From: the human T2T-CHM13v2.0 reference genome, Homo sapiens
Length of the DNA stretch: 64,000 nucleotides
Direction: 5' to 3' (one strand)
Assembly (NCBI RefSeq): GCF_009914755.1
Contig: NC_060940.1
Shown: piece by piece, positions 53,420-64,000 of the stretch
Position numbering within the stretch: position 1 is the first letter of the stretch
Layout of the letters: each line of letters begins with the position of its first letter
Position numbers and translations under genes: made by a program
The notes under the pieces: model-generated
Told to the model about the DNA's origin: nothing
Databases searched by the model: none
The model's input: the letters and a program-made list of their open reading frames with translations, nothing else

Positions 53420-54300
53420 TAGATTGTGTTGAGATTTGACCCTAGTTGTTATGAGTTTACTGGCAATGGAGCGCAATTGTGGTGGGTTTTCAGGAGAATG
53501 GACATCCCCTTTTAGGTCTTCTGCCCCTGGGAAGGTTATCCTAAGGTTTTCAAGCAGAGAAAGGCTATTCTATTCAGATACTGAGGGCAAACTACTTCTA
53601 CTGGTAAAGGAGGCTCAGAGTGACCTAAGGAATCAAGACTGTCAATTTCATCTGGGTCCAAACATATATCCCCACTTTGAATTTCAGGATCACCTTCTGT
53701 TTTTTCGTTTTGTTTTGTTTTTTTGATAGAGTCTCGCTCTGTCGCCCAGTCTGGAAGTGCAGTGGCGCCATCTCGGCCCCCTGCAACCTCACCTCCCAGG
53801 TTCAAGCGATTCTCCTGCCTCAGCCTCCCGAGTAACTGGGATTACAGGACTGCACCACTGTGCCTGGCCAGGATCACCTTCTTTACCAATCAGCGCAGTA
53901 ACCTTCACGTGAGATTTGTTGGGCCTGGGAATTTAGCTGTCATTATTATTCAGCGACTCTACAGTTAAGTTTTGTGTTTGATTTTCAGTGACAGTATTGT
54001 GGCTATAAGAGCTGCTTCTAAGCTATCACAGAAGTTCTCAGGTTCTCAGACCATGACTTGAACTGAGCTAAGGGACTTGGGCTTGTCATTTTCTCACTGT
54101 AAATGCTCAAGTGCACTAAAAATAATGTATCCCATACCATGGTTGTATAATCATCATTATACATCTGTGGACACCATAATGGCTGAGTGCAGCAGCTACT
54201 TGTTCCCACCAGGTACATGCTTTCATTGGCACTTCATCATCACCTGCAGGTGGCTGCTTGATTAATTGTGATATCGCTGCAAGCCATGGATAACCAGCAC
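53420..54300 (-). mobile_element. Old ERV-L-class internal (gag-like) remnant
   Basis: Minus-strand DPEIQSGDICLDPDE...HSEPPLPVE resembles the ERV-L gag DPExWxGDIW region; lies next to an ERVL-type LTR. Confidence 0.45.
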
Positions 54301-54302
54301 CC

Positions 54303-55052
54303 TGTGATGGTTAATTTCATGTTAAACTATACTGGGCCAAGGCATGCCCAGACAGCTGCTTAAACATTCTTTCTGGGTGTGTCTGTGAGGGCTTCTCAAG
54401 AAGAGATTAACGTTTGAATTGGCTGAGTGAGTAAAGCAGACGGCCCTCACCACGGGTGGGCATCATCCATCCGTATGGAATTAAACAGAACAGCAAGGCA
54501 GAGGAAGGCTGAATTCTCTCTGTGCCTGAGTACTTGAGACCTGGGTACTGGGACATTGATCTCCTGGTCTTGTGCTCCTGATTCTCAGGCCTTGAGTCTT
54601 GAATTGGAATCTACACCATTGGCCTTTGGCTCTCAGGCCTTAAAATTACAAAACTGTTAGGAGGCGGAGGCAGGCGGATAGCTTGAGCCCAGGGGAGTTC
54701 GAGATCAGCCTAGGACATACAGGGAGAGGCCATCTCTATATAAAAATATATATATAGAACAAATTAGCTGGGTATGGTGGTGTCCACCTGTAGTCCCAGC
54801 TGTTCAGGAGGCTGAGATGGGAAGCTTGCTTGAGCTGGGGAAGTCAAGGCTGCAGTGAGCTGTGATTGTGCCACTGCAGTCCAGCCTGGGCAACAGAGGG
54901 AGACCCCATCTGAAAAAAAAATGCTGCACCACTGACCTTGGGTCTCCAGCTTGCAGATAGCAGATTGTGGGGCTTCTCGACTGCCATAATCATGTGAGGC
55001 AATACCTTAGTGTGTGTGTGTTTATATATATACATATACACACACATAAAAG

Positions 55053-55085
<33 letters not shown>

Positions 55086-55145
55086 CACACACATACACAT
55101 GTATATATAGATTCTGTTATTCTGTTTCTGGAGAACCCTAATACA
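54303..55145 (+). mobile_element. MLT2-family (HERV-L) LTR with an inserted Alu and a TA/CA/CT microsatellite
   Basis: TGTGATGGTTAATTT start, TTTCTGGGTGTGTCTGTGAGG, end TTCTGTTTCTGGAGAACCCTAATACA. Confidence 0.8.
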
Positions 55146-55261
55146 TATCCTATTTCTCATTGTCAAGGAGCTCAGTCTGCACTCAAGCCCAAATACCCAA
55201 ATCCGTCCCCATATCCCTTCTTTGTGCATCTATCTCTTGAGACCACTCCTTGTACTAATTT

Positions 55262-56300
55262 TGTATCAAGCAAGGTCCAATCAGGAGAAGGGAAGCACAC
55301 AGTAATTTGAACTGGGAAAATTTAATATATAGAATTAAGCTATAAAGGGCTTAGACTGGGCGCTCTGGCTAACGTCTGTAATCCCAGCACTTTGGGAGGC
55401 TGAGACAGGTGGATCACCTGAGGTCGAGAGTTTGAGACCAACCTGACCAACATGGAGAAACCCCGTCACTACTAAAAATACAAAATTAGCTGGGCGTGGT
55501 GGCACATGCCTGTAATCCCACCTACTTGTGAGGCTGAGGCAGGAGAATCACTTGAACTCAGGAGGCGGAGGTTGCAGTGAGCCACTGCACTGCCTGGGCA
55601 ACAGAGCGAGACTCCGTCTCAAAAAAAAACAAAAAACAAAAAGGCATTTTCAAGAGGTTGGCTGGTAAGAAGTAAAGAGAACTCTGATTCTCTGGTCACA
55701 GCACATAGCAGCAGCCATACCTTCTGGCCTGAGTTCCAGCACTCAAGCAAGAGGTTTCCTGGTCCCTGGGCTTAGATCCAGACCTTGAAGAGGGCACAAC
55801 GGCAGTTTCACTGAATGGCAGAGAAGTGGCTGTGGTACCACATGGGCAGAATTTGCTGGAAATCCATCCTCAAGGGTAGAAAAAGCTGCTCACAGGGAAG
55901 TGTCTCATGAGAAACGCGCTGCTACAGAACTACCTGAAGAGGGTGGCAGAGAAAGCTGCTAGGTGCCGCTGGTTGAGGTTCACTGAGGCGGCGGCACTGG
56001 AGACGCTTTGCAGGCTGCGGGCGCCTGCTGTCACAGGAGCTGCCCATGCTGCAGGAGCTGGGTGCTGGCGAAGCCCTGTGTGCTGCAGAAGCCAGACTCG
56101 GAAGAAGTCACCCGTCATGCCGGAGCCTAGAGAGAACACACCAGAAGCAGGAAGGGAAACTCGTCTCCTGCAATGTCTCTCCAGCGCCCTCTACTGACAA
56201 AGCTTAAGATCATGCCAGCTGGTAAAGGAAAAACTAAAGGGCCAGAACCATTTCACAGAGCAGGCAACGCAGGAGCTGGGACGTAATCAATAACTAGCAC
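55262..56300 (-). mobile_element. Old ERVL-class LTR (LTR41/LTR33-like), Alu-interrupted
   Basis: CCAGCGCCCTCTACTGACAAAGCTTAA..TGCCAGCTGG motif; TG...CA ends. Confidence 0.55.
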
Positions 56301-56654
56301 AGGTTTATATTATGATTCGTCTGTAGCGGCCTGCCAAAGGTTCCATATAACATCCCTGCGGCAGGAACTGACACTTCAGGCCCCACCGAATCAGCTAGAT
56401 AACGGCCCACATTGCAGAGCAGCCAATCAAAACCGGAACATATTTAGATCATTTGGTAAACGGGACACTCAAGCAGTCCTATAGGGAGGCCTATGTGGGG
56501 AGGAACTGAGGTCTCCTGCCAAGAGCCACGTGAGTCATCCGCCTTCTAAGTGGGTCCTCCAGTGCCAGAGGACTGGGGTCCTCGTTGGTGTGGTGTCTGC
56601 AGTATCATGAGAGATCTTGAGCCAGAACTGCCTAGCTTAGCAGCTCGCATATTT

Positions 56655-60255
<3,601 letters not shown>

Positions 60256-60749
60256 TCACAGGCATATAACTGTCTGAACAGTAAAACTGTAAGAACACAC
60301 TAAAACATGAATAGTACTTATTCCTGGATGGTCGTATTAGAAATGTTTTTTACCTTCATTCATTAAACAAATATTTACTAAGCATCTACCATGTGCCAGG
60401 CACAATTCTAGGTGCTTGTCATAGGGCATTAAAAAGTGTCTGCCCTCATGAACACTTATCGTTGAGTCGTGGGAAACACGTATATGTCAGGTAGTGATAA
60501 ACATTAGGGAGAAAAGTTAACGCCGAGCACAGGTTGTTTACAGAGCTGGGGAAGGCCTCCTTGAGGGGGTGACATATGAGCAGAATGAGGGAGCAAGCCT
60601 TGTGGCTATCACGAGAAAGCTATCTTTATGGTTTTCCAATTAATTTTCTAAATTTTCTCTTCCAAGCATGCAACACCTACATAATTAAGACAAAACAAAC
60701 CAAAAAAACTCTTTCCATTTATGAAAGAGATCTGGAGCCTGAAATCATC

Positions 60750-61940
60750 TCCGGGTCGAGGCGTGGAGAGAGTGGGAGAGGATCCGAGGGTATGGAAAGG
60801 ACCCCGAGCCCCCCTGCTCTAGATCCCTCCGGGCCGTGGGACCCCTGACGCCCAGCAGCAACTCGTGGACAAAGCAGCTGGTGAGAGAACGCGGGACTCC
60901 GGCCAGGTCAGTGTCCCGCTTGCCGCGTCCTGCTAAGGCGACCCGAAGACAGAGGATCGCCGCAGGAGGCTCCGCGCCCCTTACCCGAGGGCACTTCCCA
61001 GCAAGCTCGACGCCTCTCCAGGGAATTGGGAGGAGCGGGACCCAAGAGGCTAGAAAAGAGTCTCCCCGGCCCGAGCTCCACGGCCCGCGGCCTTTCGGCC
61101 CTCACCTACTAGTTGGCAAAGAAAGACCGTGGCAGAAGGAAGAGGCCGCTCCAGCGCATCCCTTCGGGCGGAGCAGAAGCTCCACTTGTGGCTAGGCCAT
61201 GTGCCCTCTCCGTTCCTCGGGCCAGCCTTGGCTTCCCCTTTTTGTCGCTCAAGGGCCAGGGTCGCAAGGAAATGTGAAAAAAAAGCGGAGACAAAAGAGA
61301 ACGAGGTAAATCTAGATGCAGAGCCTCGCCTTTCCTCCCGGGTGCAGGTGTATGACGCGTATGGAGTTTCTGTCTTCTAATAGGCAGCCTGAGAATTCTT
61401 CCTGTTCATTGGCCATCGGTCATGGAGAAGGCGGGCTCAGTGGACGAACGGCTTTCTGGGAGCTGGGGAATGCTTGCGTAGCGTAGTTTCCCAGCGAGCC
61501 CCGCGAGGACTTCCGGCGCCGGGAGCTCGCGGCGGAAGTGGGATCTCCTGGGCCGTAGTGGGCGTTGTGTGTTTCGGGGGCGGGGGCGGGGGCGGGGGCG
61601 GGGGCCGGGGCGGGGACGGGGCCTCTGGCCGCCTGGCTCCAACATCAAGCACCGGGCTCCGAGTGGCCGGGATCAGCGCCCCGAGGCAGAGGCCGGAGGG
61701 CGCGCGCACTGCTAGGAAGTGCTGGTCCCCCGCGCCGCTCTGCCAGCTTGGTCCCCCGGCAGACGCCCCTGTACGATCGCCGCTCGCCCCGCGGGCGAGG
61801 CTGCGGTGGACAGCGCGGGGCTCCGGCTGGCTCGCCTTCCCGCCTGCCGTGTCCTGCTGAGCGACCCTGGTGAGTCCTGGCCCTCTTCGAGGAAAGTCTT
61901 CTTCGAAGTCACCAGAGGATGAGAATGGTGCGCGCACCTT
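60750..61940. promoter_or_regulatory. ZNF213: CpG-island promoter of ZNF213, probably bidirectional
   Basis: Dense CpG; divergent ETS motifs ACTTCCGG (61509) and CGGAAGT (61533); reverse CCAAT at 61408; plus-strand donor CTG|GTGAGT at 61869/61870; minus-strand donors near 61105 and 60984. Confidence 0.85.
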
Positions 61941-62278
61941 TCAGGGGTCTTGTGAGGAGCAGAATAAATAAAGTGCTTAGGATGGACTAAAGAATTGGAA
62001 ACAACCCGAATGCATCACTCGAGTATTGATTAAGAAACTAGAGCATATCCATACCGCGGAAGCTCATAGTGCCGCTAATGTCTGTGCAGTAAGGTCTCAT
62101 TTATGTAGAAACACATCAAGCACCTTTTCTCCCCGCTATGGATGACTTTTTTAGTAAAAGCACAGGAAAAGGTCTGGGACGTCATTTGTCAGACTGTTAA
62201 GTCGGGGGGTACAATGGCATTGAGGAAGGGAGAGTTTTACAGATTTCTATATTGTTTGAATCTTCCCTTTTTTATTAA

Positions 62279-62593
<315 letters not shown>

Positions 62594-62904
62594 TAAGCCA
62601 CCAAGCCCGGCCAGTTTGTATTTTTATTGTTGAAACAAAAAATCGATTACTGAAAATTGCATAATACACTTTTCAGTAGAGAGTAACAATGTAAGGTATA
62701 AATGTGTCATACATTTATATGTACCTGTGGATAAATGGCTTTGGATGGTGTCTGTAAGCCCTTCTGTGACACCTCAGGGCCAGATGTGTTTTGGAATTCA
62801 GAGGTTTTCAAATTTGAGAAAGATAATATAGTGCACAGACGATATATCAAGCACATCTCCAGAGGGATCTGGGGCAACACTAAATAATGAAACATATCAG
62901 TTAA

Positions 62905-63221
<317 letters not shown>

Positions 63222-63761
63222 TTAATTGATGTATAATGTGCAATACAGAAAAACACACGAGTGGGTATAGCTCAATGAAATTTTATAAACTGAAGATATA
63301 TGTTATTAATATTTCCACCATAATTTTGAACATTTACATTTAGTGGAATAAATTGAGATTATAAATATGCTTATATCAGGTCAGGTGGTGCTGCCAAATG
63401 AATGACATTGGGTTTTGCTGTCAAAGAGTTATGAAACACCCGGGTTTTGGATTTCTGGCTTTGGGATGAGAGCTTGTGGGCCTGTGTTAATAGGAGAGAC
63501 AGTCACATGAGCAAGGCATTACAGTAAAGCCTAGAAAAGGCTTCAGGGCCATGAAAGGATGGGGACTGGATGGCTCTTCAGCCTGGGGTTTGCTCGTGTA
63601 TTCCACATCCTTCCTCCTCAGTCCTGCCATTTTGCTCTTTCCCCAGGAGTACACATCCAGATGCCAGCCCAGCTACCACAGGGGATCCCTCTGGGAGACT
63701 GAAAGTACAGGTTCTGGGGCCCAGGTTGAAGCCGACCAACCCTGAGCCTCAGGCCAGGGGA

Positions 63762-64000
63762 ATGGCAGCCCCCTTGGAGGCCCAGGACCAGGCCCCTGGG
63801 GAGGGAGAAGGGCTTCTGATTGTGAAAGTGGAAGATTCCTCCTGGGAACAGGAATCTGCCCAGCATGAGGATGGCAGGGATTCCGAAGCCTGCCGCCAGC
63901 GCTTCCGGCAATTCTGCTACGGGGATGTGCATGGGCCTCATGAGGCCTTCAGCCAGCTCTGGGAGCTCTGCTGCCGCTGGCTGCGGCCCGAGCTGCGTAC
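63762..64000 (+). CDS. ZNF213: ZNF213 first coding exon, start of SCAN domain (truncated by the window end)
   Basis: Acceptor TTTCCCCAG at 63646; [31 protein letters not shown]...[37 protein letters not shown]. Confidence 0.92.
   Translation, partial: MAAPLEAQDQAPGEGEGLLIVKVEDSSWEQESAQHEDGRDSEACRQRFRQFCYGDVHGPHEAFSQLWELCCRWLRPELR

Overview
Primate (most likely human 16p13.3) genomic DNA, very Alu-rich. Left to right: a 36-bp minisatellite; an internally deleted HERV-K(HML-3)/HERVK9 provirus with MER9 LTRs (minus strand) whose truncated 5' LTR abuts an isolated, frameshifted copy of the IL32 terminal exon; a U1 snRNA retrocopy inserted at that exon's poly(A) signal and split by a 4-kb MST-type MaLR that itself carries Alus and an LTR nested in an Alu; then ZSCAN10 (minus, 780 aa reconstructed from 5 coding exons), ZNF205 (plus, 554 aa from 6 coding exons) and the first coding exon of ZNF213 (plus, runs off the window). 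I found no convincing new biological system. The most unusual observations are structural: the orphan IL32 exon lacking its RGD motif, the split U1 retrocopy with multi-level nesting, and a 199-bp duplication of the putative ZSCAN10 promoter. Gene and repeat names come from recognition of sequence, not from a database search, so repeat subfamily names are tentative.
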